Position numbers and translations under genes: made by a program. Source: Chlorokybus atmophyticus (taxonomy: Eukaryota; Plantae; Mesostigma and Chlorokybus algae). Taken from it: 64,000 nucleotides of DNA. This document shows, piece after piece, positions 19,101 to 33,172 of the stretch; the stretch's first letter is position 1, and every line of letters starts with the position of its first letter. The stretch is taken from NCBI GenBank assembly GCA_009103225.1, contig RHPI01002918.1, forward strand, positions 3,165 to 67,164. The letters are read 5' to 3'. The notes below the pieces were generated by a model. It searched no databases. It saw only the letters and a list, made by a program, of their open reading frames with translations, and was not told the origin of the DNA.

Positions 19101-20243
19101 AGAGTGGCTATCTTGGGCTGACTTCTTAGGTCAGACACATGCTGTGTCTAGAGACAGACACTGTCTATTGTTGTGCCTATGCTACCGGTGACTTGAGCAT
19201 TGCTTGGCTTGATTATTGTTATAACAATATGACATGTTTGCAGGGAAGCAGAAGGGCAAGATAAGAACAATACCTAATAGAAAGAAGCCCAGGATAGAGT
19301 ACCGACCTTTTGAACTTGGTCGCGAGTACGTGCGCTCGCTAGGTTTTAAGCAGCCCGAGCAATACACACATTGGGCTCGGTAATGTAAAAACACCTAATG
19401 CTTCAAACAACCCTCCTGCATGTAAAGCTCATAGTGCCTCATCGTGATTGCATGCTGACATGTGTTCTCGCTTCCAGTAGTTCACGACAGCGGCCGCGAG
19501 ACATCCCCAGGTTTCCAGAGATCAGCTACGCATATTGCTGGACTTCCTGGCCAAACTTTCTTGGTATGCCATGCGGACCAGCCTGTGTATTTTTCAGCAA
19601 CCTTGCACTCGCAAGCACAAGTAGTGCTGATCTATGTGACATTGTGGTAAAGGCACGGAGAAGACACCGGTACCACCAGCGCGCCGCTCCATACCCTTTG
19701 AAGAGGCGCGGGAGTATATATGGCAGCTGGGCTTCAAGGACAAAGATGAGTATCGGGCGTGGGCATCAACAATCGATAGGCCGCGCGGCATACCCAAGAA
19801 TCCGAACGAGGTATGTATGCATGCATTGCATGCATGTTGTGCTTGCATGATTGTTGTGGTGCTCACAAGCATCCGTTGCGTACAGGTCTATGCGGATGAA
19901 GGCTGGTTGTCTTGGGAAGACTGGCTTGGTAGTGAGAAAGGAAGGCGTGCCAGAGTGAGAAGGAGACGAGGAACAGACGTGCTTCCTTTTGAGCCCGCGC
20001 GCGAGTATGTCCGCACGCTTCACTTTCGAGGTGCGTGAATGATGTTATGACTTGCAGCTGCGATTGGCATCAGGTTGGAAGGTCAGACAATGGTGTTCTG
20101 CAGGTAAGGATGATTACAGGGAATGGAGCAAGCGAGGTGATCGTCCATTGAACGTGCCGTCCAGGCCAGACATCATCTATAAGGACCAGGGATGGATTGA
20201 TTGGCTGGATTTTCTGGGGAAACCTCAGCGGTATGTCAAGTAG
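16160..20243 (+). CDS. Protein with a long E/Q/D/Y/H-rich low-complexity N-terminus and five ~55-aa repeats resembling the integrase repeat unit (INT_rpt, PF14882); start and end uncertain
   Basis: Multi-exon with GT-AG sites. Repeat consensus PFEeAReyvw.LgfkskdeYreWs.s..RP.diPk.P..vYa..gW.sW.DfLG occurs five times in 18585-20220. Basic linkers RVRKR and RRARVRRRRG. A donor at ~20231 may extend the gene to ~21083. Confidence 0.75.
17250..17640 (+). repeat. Coding tandem repeat (~33-36 nt; (Q/A)EDPSQxxY) in the integrase-repeat gene
   Basis: QEDHSQRQYT-QEDPSQLGYP-QAEDPSQPEYP-QAEDPSQSHYV-QEDPSQPQYA-QEDPSQQEY. Confidence 0.85.
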
Positions 20244-21324
20244 GGAAGAGCACTTGTAACTGCAGTTGTCTTGTTTCGAAACTTAGAGGTAGTTTCGCAC
20301 TTTTGCGTACCTTCACAGTAGGCACCGCCACATTTAGTTGATTGGCAAGACATTGCAGCTATTGTATAAACAGTATTACGCATAGGTTGCTGTAGTATAT
20401 AGCGACAGCACTGCACATTGCACTGTCAATACAGTTGACAGCATGCTGCGCCATGTATGTGAATACGGTTGCAGTGCTGGGCTCGGTTTACTGGCAGTGG
20501 CTCTCATACACCGCAGGTTATGCCTATATGAGAATCTTGGTGTTTGCTTACTTGGGTTGTCGTATACATGATCGGGTATACAGTATTGTATAGAGTACTG
20601 TTTGTGCAGCATTGCATTAACATGTGTGTCGTGCACAGCTGCCTCCCATGCATGATGTCTGCGCGCGGCATATCACATGTTGCAGTCGTCAGTCTTATGC
20701 AAGCGTGTTGTGTATTCTTACTGTGTGTCACTCGCACACCCACACGCACTGCCACTACCATGCGCACATGCGCACGCGCTCACCATTTAGGTTCAACAAC
20801 TGGCAGCCACCACAGTCGGCAACTGCTCATGCTGGACTGTGCCAGTGTTTGTCAGGTAAGAGAAGTGCAGGGCCATGTTCATGCACGCAAAGATGTGCTG
20901 GCTGTTGGTGTGGCTGGAATCACAACCAGCAACGACAACACTGTACAGTAGCAAGCCAAGTTCAACAGCGTTCCAACGACCGTATCTGCTCGCAGCAACC
21001 CACAACGACCACCAGTAAGTGACAACCAAACCACGCATCCAGCAGAGCTCGTCGGCAACACACAAGAGAGAGCAGTACAGTAGGCATGGACATTGGACTG
21101 TGGTTGTGGTTATCTGTTTCAGTATGTGAGTAGCACAATACATTATATGATTGAGGTTACAATACTGTTGTCATGTATGGACACCGGTTGTCTTGATGTC
21201 TACTTCGGTAACACATCTCCTCGTATGCAAGGCCGATTGACCTTCAAACAACTCAGCCGCATATGTGACATGCCAGCATTCCTAGCCCAGAGTGCTTTCA
21301 AAGCGGTGTTATTGTTGCATGTCA

Positions 21325-23863
21325 CTACTGCGAACCAGCCTGCTGGTAAACCAACAGGTACGCCTGTTCGCTAAGCACGCGCGAGACGGGCACTTGTGAG
21401 ACAAAGTCATCGTCAAACCGCAACCACTTGCTGCCAGCGTAGCGCACGGACGCCGTATAGTGGCCGCCAGAAGGCTGCTTGCCATGGTGGCATACTGTGG
21501 CCACAAGATTGTACACAACCTTTCTGCGGCGCGCAAGCAGCTCAAGTGGGAGTGACAGCGTTTCCAGATATGAGACGGGTTTGTGCACCTTGCTGGAACC
21601 TTGAGCCGAATAAGCGAACCGCATGAGGTGCAGGATCAGCACCCGTGGCGGGCTTTCAATCTGCAAACTCTTTCTGGCAGACACCTCTCGCCCCGCACCT
21701 CCCGCACGGTAGCTCTCGAGGTTTTCTGGAATGGCCAGGGCGTGCAGTGCATCTTCCACAGAGCAGATCTGACAAGACCAGAAAATAATGCGATCAGCGC
21801 AAAAACTCCTTTCAACCAATACAGCTGAATCCCAGCAAAATGTACTCTGATTCTGTGCACCAGACTGTCTCTCCGCGCTACAGCACGTCAGCATGCATAC
21901 TGGCTGGGAACGCAACAATATACCTCGTCAGGCAGTATGTTGAGCTGCAGCAATGTGAAGGGCTGGAGGGTTGCAGAAGACTTGGCTCCATGGCTTTTCA
22001 CTGTGCTACGCAGCGTGCCACCAAAAATAGACATTACTGCGGACTCGCCGGCAGCGTGACGTCGTGTTATTGCTGTGCGCTTGCCCTTGCTCACCTGCGA
22101 GGGGAATGCAAAGGTAGGTATCCAACAACTCTCAGCGCTGCTATATAATGTTGCAACCCACCTCTTCCCACTCATCGTCGTCATTGCCAACCACTAGCGG
22201 TGGTGTGGGCGCGGCCTGACCACCTGCAAGAGCTTGCATCTCATCGTGCAGGTTATCCATAACCAGACTCAAAAACTCCTGAGCGTCTTCCTGTCTAGAC
22301 TTTATCTGGGTGCCTGCAAGCACAGCATGCACACATTGGCATGACAGAGTGAATTACAAGATCACATCTGTTCCAAGTGGTTCCTTAGGTTGACCAAAAG
22401 CAGCTATTGAACACACGCATCACAACCATACGAACACATGAACAACATATTGGAGCACACGCAACAGCATACCTGGCTTATTAGGGCGCAATCGAGCAAC
22501 TACTGGGTCGAACATTGATGGTGCAAAAGGGTTTCCTGTTGTGATGACTTCTGCATCCTTGCCATCATCTTTGACAGCTGGAGTTTGCGCCTGCACCTCA
22601 TTGTCAGGGCAAGCCTTCCGAAGTTGAAAACGCACGCTGCACTGCAACTATGCCTGTACACGTGTGTGCATGTGACTAGAAGATTACTGCCCAGTAACTG
22701 ACCTGTGGCCCAGCTGGGACAAAGAAAGAGGCAAACTCTTTGAAGGCTACTAGTGTTGGCGCACTCCCCGGCAGCTGCTTTTGTGCCTGCAGTGTTTGCA
22801 GTAGGCTGGCGAAGGGTGTGACTGCCAATAGTGCCTGCTCACAAAGCAACATGTAAACCACTTGGTTCGTATCAGGGCACATCCTTTGGCCTGCTTTCAA
22901 CACTTGACTCCACTGACATGAAGTTGACAGTATAAAGCAGCGCGTAGTGTGATGTTGTTGTGTGTGGTATAACTCGCTGTACCTGCAGTGTTGCATTCGC
23001 AAAGCAAGTGTTGCCGGTGTTGATGAGACCCCGTGGTTGGAAAACAGCAGCGTTGGACAGGATGTTGCTCGGCCCATGGAGCAGCAGCTGCTTGAACTTT
23101 GCTTGGCGAGCCTCTTCATCATCCTGCAAACTTGTGTGATGCGAGGCGACAATGCACGTCGAAGTCATGCGTTAAGTGCATCATACCTTCACAGCAGGTG
23201 CATGGTTGGAAGCCCTTTCCTGACCTCGCTTTGCTGTTGGTGGCTGTGACACGCACAATTGGTCGGGATATTCATGCAGAAGTGTTGCGGTTATGACTTT
23301 GGTATGGCCACAACGCACACCAGCTAAAGTACCAACTAATCCTCAACGCAGCGCTACCTGTGAGTGCTGGGCATGGTGATGGCCTACAGCAGCGGCCCAG
23401 GAGACTGGTGCAGGCTTGGGCGCAGCCGGTGCTGTTGTAGGAGGCTGCACTAAAGCCTGCTGCTGTGCAGCAACTTGTGCTGTTGAAGCCGCAGCATGGA
23501 CAGCTGCTGAAGTGCCTGGTGCCTGTGTCATAAGCAAATTGAATATGATGGGCAATGCCGTCAAGATCTCGACAATGGCGACTTTACAATGACACCATGC
23601 AGATCTCGTACAGCAGGATTAGCAATACCTCAGACCGCTGTTGTTCATAATTCTGTTCTGGTGCGACTTGCTGAGCTGGAACTGGAGTGCCTGCAGGCTG
23701 TAATGTGATCAAGCTTAGCAAATTAGTTGCCCCCAATGCATCGCTTGGCATGCAAAACAAACGCTGTCAAGACAACTACCTCAGTGTGCAGTGTGGGTCC
23801 GCTAAGCTCTGCCCATTCTTGTGTTGTGAAGTCGCCAAAAAGGAAGGTCTGCATGGCAGACAT
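21325..23863 (-). CDS. UBP24: Ubiquitin carboxyl-terminal hydrolase, USP10/Ubp3/UBP24 type, multi-exon
   Basis: N-terminus MSAMQTFLFGDFTTQEW; Cys box QPRGLINTGNTCFANATLQ; RQEDAQEFL; His box HHGKQPSGGHYTA..WLRFDD..AYLLVY. Confidence 0.92.
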
Positions 23864-24462
23864 GTTGGAAAAATGCACATGCAAGCTGGCACGGCGGATC
23901 AGATCGTCAAACAGCGCATTAAGCAATCCAAAGGTTGATGAACTGAGCAGAACAATGCATTGCCGAGCTTGGCTGCGGTCGACACGAGGATTGTGAATGC
24001 AGAATGCACTTGATTTGCCGTGCCACACGTCTAGGTGAATTGCACACATGCAAAGAGTGAAGGACATGGATGCATTAATCTGGGAGCAGCTGCAACCATC
24101 GTGTGGAAGCTGTGCATGCATGCACCCCATCAGTCCTAAGTTCAGTACTCCATCGCGGCAGACCACAGCATGCAGCTGAAGAGGCACATGCCGACATCAT
24201 ATGTATTACAAACTCAACCGCAGGCAGATCTCCAACCTGCTCTGTCATCGGCGTGCAACCTCAGGCTGGGACGCCTGTCATTGAAGCAGCAATAGCACCG
24301 ATTTGACTTGCGATCCAAGCAGCAGGACACTACAAGTTCGCTACAAGAAAGCTTCACGGCTTCTGGACCGCCTCCTCCCACTCCCTTTTACCCACGCCTA
24401 CACCACCGCCGTCGCCACCCTCGCCAACACCACCGCTCGCTCTGCCACCTAGTCTTAGGGGC

Positions 24463-24634
24463 TAGGGTTTGCTGACCTTAACGTTAGCAAGAGTACTTAC
24501 GTTTGACATGTTAGGTACCACACTGGATGCTTACTCTTCTTCTGCGCTGATGCAGCAGATGTAGCACACGTTGCAGATGTTCGTTATGCAGCGTCCCGCG
24601 CTTTTTTGTCGTTGGGCTCAGCTCCAAACCCTAA
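24463..24634. promoter_or_regulatory. Oppositely oriented telo-boxes in the UBP24/CLASP divergent promoter
   Basis: TAGGGTTT at 24463-24470 and AAACCCTAA at 24626-24634, followed by GGCCAGGCC repeats. Confidence 0.55.
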
Positions 24635-24739
24635 TTTTGAATCCGGCCAGGCCAGGCCGGGCGGCGTTCCCTGGCGAGACTAGGCCAGGCCGGGGTTTGA
24701 GTGAGTCGGACAAGAGTGGATGTGTGTATAGCAGATTAG

Positions 24740-27700
24740 ATGGACAGTGCGCTGGCGCTGGTTTTTGAGAAGGATACAAAAAAGCGGCTACAGGTGAGAA
24801 GGGCTTGCTTGCGTGCTGGCCTGCTTGCTTGCTGGCCTGCTGCCTACTGGTCCAAGTTGATGGCCCAATGACGCTTGTACGTGTCATGTGTGTGGCTGTG
24901 TGTGTGCGATTGCTACGCAAAGGGTGTTGGCGAGTTGCAAGAGCTGCTATGCAAGAATGGTGCGTCTTCGGCGAGCTTGTTCGCTCCCAGCAACTTTCCT
25001 GCTTTGCTGGAAGCGCTGCTGCCGCTGCTGAAAGACAACAACTTTAGGTCAGACTACGTTGTGTGTTACTTGGTATGCATGCATTCCCTTTTGCTTACAA
25101 TAGTGCGTGCCCATGTGCTGATCAATGCACTGTGCCACAATACGCTGGATTTGCTCTCCTGTCAGTCTAGTTACTTATCTTGTCATGACTACGGTGACAA
25201 GAAGTTATATAAAGCACTCGCAATTATGCTGTTAGCGATAGCATTAGCATGCACGAAATTGACCGCATTCTGGTGATGCTGGGCTTGCCCGTAATTGGCT
25301 TGCCCGTAATGGGCTTGCTTGGACACCAGCACAGGCCGCTGGTTTGAGGAGCAGCAATGTTATGCGATGTGAGGCAGCTGCAATAAGCCCAGCTGCAGCT
25401 GCCTCACAACGTACCATTGGTTCTTGCATGCAGCATGTGTGCTGCAGCTGACGCTGGGTGCATGGTGGTAATCAGCGGCTCATTACGCAATTGCTATGTT
25501 GCCACTGCGTATCATCATGTTAAAACATGGGGCGTCTGTGGTAGTTCATCTGGCACGGTTGCAGCCGCAGTGTATGCTGTGTTCATACGAGTGCGTGTAT
25601 TCATGGATACCGCCCGTGTTAGGCATGTACCACATGCTGTGTATTAGAACCATGGAGCTTATGCATAGTCTTCATAGCTGCATACGATAAGGCGGTGATG
25701 CATGCCAATGACTTGTTTTTATGTGCAATGTGTTGTACTGGCATTGACGACCCATGACATGCTACCAGGGTGTGTGAGGGTGCCTTACTAGTCATCAAGT
25801 CGCTTCTACCTCGTACCGGAGAAGCAACCGTCCGCTCTCAACTAACCAAGCTCCTTCCTCCTGTGGTTGAAAGACTTGGTGATGGAAAGCAACCGGTTCG
25901 CGATGCTGGCAGGCGACTCTTGTTGTTGCTTATGCAGGTGCTTGACCAACCACTAGGACTCTTGGAGGGATCTGAAGTAGATTGAGAAACGTGTTATGAC
26001 AACTGCTGTTTGACTGACGTTTAACTTGACGATTAGGTGGTGGGTGCCCTGGATGTGTTCGAAAGGGTGGAAGCACTGGGGTTTGAACACAAAAACTGGC
26101 GCATAAGAGAGGAGTTGACCCGCACGATCGCAGCTGCCGCGGCTCTCTTCTCCCCTCGCGAGTTGCCACATCAAAGGATTGTACCGTGGGTATGTCATTG
26201 CGACTGTTGATGTCCCATTGCACACATTGTCAAGAGCATTACATACCTATGAAGGGTAACCATGCTGCACGTTGCCTTGGCTTGCTGGCAAGCTACATCA
26301 CCAAGCAACGGTTTGGCAGATGGTCAAGTTGCTGGATGACTCAAACAGCGCGGTGCGGGAGGCTGCAGTGGCCTGCCTGGAGGTATTTGTTATGACTGAT
26401 AGCCCTTTATGTGTATACAATTGGGTCTCTCTGTGAGAGATAACCAATGGCATCAGTATAACTCAGCCCTGACATGTTAATGGCGGCGATGATGCTTTCA
26501 CAAGCGAGCGTGGCTGGTTGAGCTCACTGATAGCATGTAAGATACAGTTCTCAACTGTTGTTGCTCAGGAAATGTACACCGTGAGCGGCGTGCAGCTGTA
26601 CAATGCGCTCAAGCAGTGCACCATACGCCCCGCCCAGGTACCCAACCGTGCCGCTTCTCAATCTCCTCAATGCCACATGGTGTTTCTAATCGTATACTCG
26701 GTGCCTGGCAGATGAAAGAGATTACTACACGGTTCAATCAGTTAAGGCCTTTGGAAGAAGCGGCACGCGAAGAGGAGGTGTCCACGGCACCTGCTGAGAT
26801 ACGCACACTAGCTAAAACTGGTAAGCAGCATCAAGTGCCATGTCTGCACAAAGTCCGAGGACAACAGCTTGTGCGTGCATCCCTGATTTTATGCCCCCCA
26901 TGATCACCTCCGTTTTATCTTAGATTTCCCATGAAGTTGCAACTGTTGTATAGCAGCATATCAGCACTGTTAGTATGACACACAAGCCTGCCCAAAAAGT
27001 GTTGATGTTCTTGCTTTATGCCATAACTTGCTGTGCAGTTCGCACTGCCGTGCAGCCGGAACGACCGTCATCAGCTCCAGCTGCAGTGGACAAGCCTCCT
27101 GCGACACCCGTGTCAGCTCGGCGCAAGAAAGACTTATCGGCAACAACACCAACAAGTAGGTTGTCAGCTGTGGAGAGCATGTGCTTGACCTATTAGTAGG
27201 GACACGCGAGCAGCAGTCTGCCTGAACACGCATGCTTGTTGCATGCAGTAAGGAGCGTGGACAAAGATGACATTGAGGCCGCCGAGCCGGTACGAGTTTA
27301 CACTGAACGTGAATTGGCCCGCGAACTGGAGAAGATCAGGGATGAGCTCAGCGCGAAGACTGATTGGTCCATCCGTCAGGCCGCTATGCAACGGCTGGAG
27401 GGCTTAGTTCTTGGAGGTATGGCAACTAGGGGTGAAGTCATGTTAAGTACATACGCCATGTGGAAACTTCAAGTACAGTAGTTGGCACGTGCAATGTGAG
27501 TATCACTTGTTGTAGGTGCAATGAAGCGTGGAGTCACAGTTTGTTTGATGTTGTGGCAGCTCATACCATTCATCTTAGCTATAGCTGAGTTGCATGCATC
27601 CTGGCCCCAGGTGCGACGAACTTTGATGCATTTCCCGCCATGCTGAAAGATCTGCTGCGCGATGCGCTCGTGCAACAGATTTCTGACCGGCGCTCCAGCA

Positions 27701-30700
27701 TTGCAAAACAGGTCAGGATTGGCATCGACAGATGGTACAGTCTTAGAACGTGTGCTTTGTGTGCATGTTTGTTCGGCGGTACGAATAAAGGGCGAACTCA
27801 TGTGAAAGCAATGCTCAGTACCTGCCTTGCCGATGTAGGCCTGCCATCTCGTGAGCTTTCTGTCCCAAGAGCTGCAGTCCTTGTTTGAGCCTCTGGCCGA
27901 AGCCTTGGTTCCAGAGTTGTTCAAGCTCGTGGTTATTACCGTTCACATCATGGCAGAGTCTGGCGATACGGCTGTGCGCACCGTGCTTATCAACTGCAAA
28001 TGCCCTCGCCTTGTACCTGTCATAGCCAAAACTGCGATGAAGGACAGAAGCTCAATCCTTCGACAAAGGTACTATAAGGGAGGAATTCTTGACCAATACA
28101 TTAGATGTATCAACATTGACCACAGTGATAACTGAAATAATAAGCAATCTTGATTGTAGAGGTCGCTATCAGCTCACAATACCTGAGCATTATGCTCACA
28201 GGTGTTGTGAGTATGCTTTGTTAATGCTCACTGAATGGGGAGAGGCGCCAGAGATGCACCGGTATGCGGAAACACTTGAAGAGCTGTCGAGAGCTGCTGT
28301 TGCTGATGCTGTCAGTGAGGTATGAGGGGCATGGCTGGCAGGTATCACGTATGTGCGGGCCTTTCTCTCTCGTTATCATGACATCCACAATGCATCGTAG
28401 GTGCGATCTACTGCAAGGCATCTGTGCAGGGCAGTCATTGACCTTTGGCCTGAGCGGGCACGGCGCTTCATTGCGTCCCTTGACCCCAGTACACAGAAGG
28501 TAAGGTGTTACATGAGGGCCAGTTGTACTGCACACACATGCTGTTGACAATGTATCTACTTTGCATGCAGATGCTCGATGAAGAACCCAACAGAGCAGTC
28601 ACTAAATTAGCCAAAGCCAGGCTAAGTCACACAACTGCACCAGCGAAATCTCAACTGGTGCAGAATGTGCCCGCCGCTGCTGTCACTGCAACAGCGCCAA
28701 AGAGTACAACTGGCATGCACAGTTCTGCACTTCGTCGTGTTTCATCTGCCGAGCTGGTTGCAATGCCTCCTCCAATGGAAGAGGATACCTCATTCAAAAA
28801 AGGTGCGGTTAACGAGTTGCTGTGTGCTGGCGACTTGAAGTAGCTTCTGGCATCTCATTTGTCAAATCATGGAGCATGCGTGCTCTTCACTTTGGCTAGC
28901 ATGTGCATGTGCATGTGCATGTGCAGGCATACTACACTCAGCATGTGTGTTGGCTACTCACACATATATCTGCGTTCAGTCTGCGCATTGCTGTTGATGT
29001 ACAGCCGCAACAGATGGCTCGCTCTTGTGTTGTGCAAACTGCTTTCGTGCAGGTCTTAATTGTCTGCGAAAGTCAATGGCTCCCGGCGCAGCCATGCGAA
29101 TTGAGGTAACGGAGTCTCCGGTGGCAGCAGTGCCCAACTCTGCCAGGCCCGATCCGAGTAACAACATCAGGCCCGAATTTGTGCGAGCCGACCGTGTCAC
29201 GCAGCCGCAACCACAAAGCTCGTCGCACAACGGCCCGTTGCACAACAACAGCAATCATGGTTTGATGTTGCCCCGCCCTACTGTGAATGCTGCACGCCGC
29301 GTGCCGTGTGCTGAGCAACCGCGCATGGAGACACATACTGCCGCGCACCATGGCGGGGGTGAAGCGCCAGTTCCATCTGGTAAGCATGTCTTATCAAAGG
29401 ATGTTTTAAAGTGTCAATATGGTCTTGGCACTGTCTTTGTTGTAAATCATGTTGTTTCAATGCAGTGGAATGCACAAATGAACAACATCCAGCTCCCCAT
29501 CATGCAGTCATCTGTGTGCATCATTGTGGAGAGTATAAGTTGGTGCATTACTGTCGCTGATGCATCTCATTTGGGTTGCAGCGAGCGGGCCCAAGCGGGT
29601 ATTGCGTAGTGAAGCCTCATCACTTGACGACGGAGAGAGCTTGAGAACAAGCCAGCGCTTGAGACCGCCAACTTCTGACGCCGCATTGGAAGAAACCATG
29701 GCGCATGCAATGGCAACGCTGCATGCGCAGGGTGCGACATGGCAAAAGCGTGTCGAGGCCTTTGACCAGATCAAACGCTTGCTGGGAACTTTGCGTGGCA
29801 TGCACGAGATGCGTTCGCACCTGGACAGGTATGCCATTCCTCTTAACTGCTGCACCTGCAAGTATCAAAGTGCGCATGCCATGTAGACGCAAAGATACCC
29901 ACTTGCTGATGTGATGCTTGCCGCTGCAGATTGGTAGTACTGATAGAGGAGCATCTCAATGATGCGCATCATCGCGTAGTCCAAGCAGTGCTTAGCACGC
30001 TCTGCGAGTTGATCACTACATATGCTGCCCCACTTGAGACTTACCTGGATCGGCTGCTCCCGCATGTCTTTGGACACTTGGTGGACTCCAAGGTATCCAA
30101 TTGCGTCAACTTCGTAATGATCTCACCAGGTGTTGTCAACTGAGCAAGGGAGCATTGCACCAAGCAGTGAGCATACAAAGTAGGGCATTGGTGGTGACCG
30201 TGGCAATTGTTGTTTTAATCCGCTCTTGCTGCCTTATGCAGGAGCATAGCAGAGCATTAGCAGCTGAAGTGCTTGAGGTTGCAAACGCCAACTATGCTAG
30301 CGATGTATTGTTGCAAGCTCTTGTCAGGTCTCTTGAAGTGCAACGCCCTCCCAAAGCCAGGACCGGTATGCCATCCTGCATCGTAGACAAGTCATATGCT
30401 CGTGATTCTCACAATGTGGCTTTGCACAGGTGTTTTAGAGTATGCCTTGCATGCGCTGACACAAGCAACAGCGGGCTCACGTCCGCTGACCGCGTGGGTG
30501 GCACGCGTTGCGCCGCTCACAGCAGACCGGAATGCGGATGTCCGCAAGGTCGCCACAGCGAGTTTGCTACAGATATATGCGAAGGTGGACAGCACTGCGG
30601 TGCTAGGTTACCTGTTGAGTGCTGCAAGCGGAGAGCAGGTATTCGTACGGCCGCTGCCAATGACATCACACACGCACGTGCACATGCACACGCGTGCACA

Positions 30701-32632
30701 CACAAGCCCATGCGCATGTGCACACGCAATATCAGTAACCGCGGGATAATGGATGTGTGCATGGCAGGGAGCGCTGCGAAGGCTACTGGCTCAAAGCATT
30801 CCCAGTCTCGAACACGACATCATCAACTTTGCAAAGCACAAGCAGCGGACAGTTGCTGTACATAGAACAGAAGCCGCTGAGTGCGCCTCAACTTCCAACG
30901 CCTCAACCCCTTGCGCATCACCCACGCAGTCCAAAGCAAGCGACCCTCACAGCATCGCGAGTGACAACAGTCATCCCTTGACAGACCTCAGCAACAGACA
31001 TGATGCGGTCGCCACCCCGGATGGCGCATGCGTCGGTTTGACCATGGAGCGCCTTGCATCTGGAGGCTACGGCTGGAATGAACGAGAAAACAGCAGTCCA
31101 TTCAAGCCACTGCTCCGCACTCCTACGCAGGTTCGTTACCGTTGTTGCCGTGCACTACTTTTGGTGTTGGGATTGCAACCCACACACACTGTGCAGACTC
31201 CTGTCAAGGCGGATTCCCCAGTCAAAGACGACGCTCAAATAGGGTCTTCTCCTTACACGCATGAGGCGGATGCGGATTTTGCGCAGCAGGAGCGCATGCT
31301 GGCTTCAGTCCCTGAGCTTGTGCGGCAGGTATGGCTTCGTAGGGTTCACGCATGCATACGCTCTGATTTTGCATGCAACTTACTTAGGCTGTCATGGCTA
31401 TGAACCAATTGGATGTCCGGTTGATCACCTCGCGCAATGCGTGATGGTTGGTTGCTTTTTATGGTGACACTCTTGTGTGCAGATGGATAGTGCATTGCCC
31501 GCCATTTGCTTGCAAGGTCTACAGAGCATCCTCAACCTATCTGAATCAGACAGTCTTGTGTTGTGGCAGCAGGTACGGCAACAATGCTATCAACACCAGA
31601 GACAGAGTTGACTGGACAAGCATTGCATCAACTCTGACCTTGTGCATCCGCGTGTTGCTCGCAGAGTCTGGGCCAAGTCCTGTTGATGGTGCTGGAGACG
31701 CTCAGCGCCGAGAGTAGCGATGCGGCTGTAAAGGAAGCCGCGATCCAAGTCATATCGCAGCTCGCCAACAGACTGCCGCAAGGGCTGGAGGACTTCCTGG
31801 AAATTGTGGTGCACAGGGTTGCAGCACTGTTGCAAGACCCTCATCCTGAGGTATGCAATTGCACAGGGTTTTGATTAACCCAAATGCTTGTGCCTTGATG
31901 AGCTTGGGTATCATGTAGGTGTCGCGGGCAGCTGACAGCGTGCTGGAGGTGATGTGTTCACTACTGCGGCCGCTACGTCTGCTTCAGGTAGCGCATAAAC
32001 GTATCTGCGCACACACGTACAGAGAGACAAACACCCACCCACCCACCCACACGCCCACTCACCCACATGCATAGAGATGCACGCACACACGCACACATGC
32101 ACACTGAATCATGCATGCAAGTGTAACACATGCATCTGATGCAGGTCGTTGTGCCATTGGTGCTGAGTAATGACGAGCATCTTCGCATCGCCGTGCGCAT
32201 GCTGGACCGCGTGTTGGCTCGCTTGCAGCGCGACGATCTGCTGACACAGGTCAATGCACTCTCATGATGTTGTCCAAAGTGATTCCGTTTGGAAATTGAC
32301 ACACATGATGCACCTGTATGCCAAGTTGCACACGTGTACTCACTACCAAACCTCTGTTGCTGCAGCTCCCGACCGTGATGCCCGGCCTGATCCAAGCCTT
32401 CAACAACGCGAGCGCGGACGTGCGCAAGGCGGTGGTGTTCTGCCTCGTGGACATGCATGCCCGTGTCGGCGGGGACGCGCTCATGCCGCATCTGACCCCG
32501 CTGTCCGCCGCGCAGAAAAAGCTTGTCACCATATACATCGAGCGACGCCAGCAGCAGGGGTCACAACAATTGGAGCAACATGAACAACCGTCCGTCACCG
32601 CGTCAACGTCGGGGCCTGTTTTGGTATCTTAA
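24740..32632 (+). CDS. CLASP: CLIP-associating protein (CLASP; TOG/HEAT repeats), multi-exon
   Basis: MDSALALVFEKDTKKRLQ; LLPPVVERLGDGKQPVRDAGRRLL; DWSIRQAAMQRLEGLV; ISDRRSSIAKQAC; C-terminal NASADVRKAVVFCLVDMH..LSAAQKKLVTIYIER. Confidence 0.95.
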
Positions 32633-33172
32633 GCACATTGGCTAGGCCTGGTAGTAGATTGTTTTGAGTGTACAACTGTATTTTTGTCAGTCAGCACAAA
32701 AGAACAGTTACACTGTACTGTGTTTGTGCGGGCGCTGCAAGCCCATAGGTAATGATGAGATGTTGTAAGCCATGAGTAGGGTAAGTGAAAAGTTATGTAG
32801 CTTATCAACACGAGTGTGTGCACGCATGGCTGGTCAGGAGACCAGATTAACTGCACGAGTGTGGGAATGCTGCCAGAGATACTATCCATGCCTTTGTACG
32901 TCAGAGTGGCGGTTTGCAGACACAGACACTGTTTGCGATGCATTGAGAGCGAAACTTTCCACGGCAGGCATGTGGAGACACGGCAGTGACATGCTTACCA
33001 TCTTGTCATTCAACAACTATTGCTTCAAGTTGCAGCTTCTCGGCAAAGGCTGCAGAGCTTGATGGGAAACATGGAACAGCCTATCTTGGCCAAGATAGAT
33101 GCTTCAGGTCATAGCGAAGACACATGCACGAGTAACGCCCCACAACACAGCATCGCATCAACACGTTTGTCT

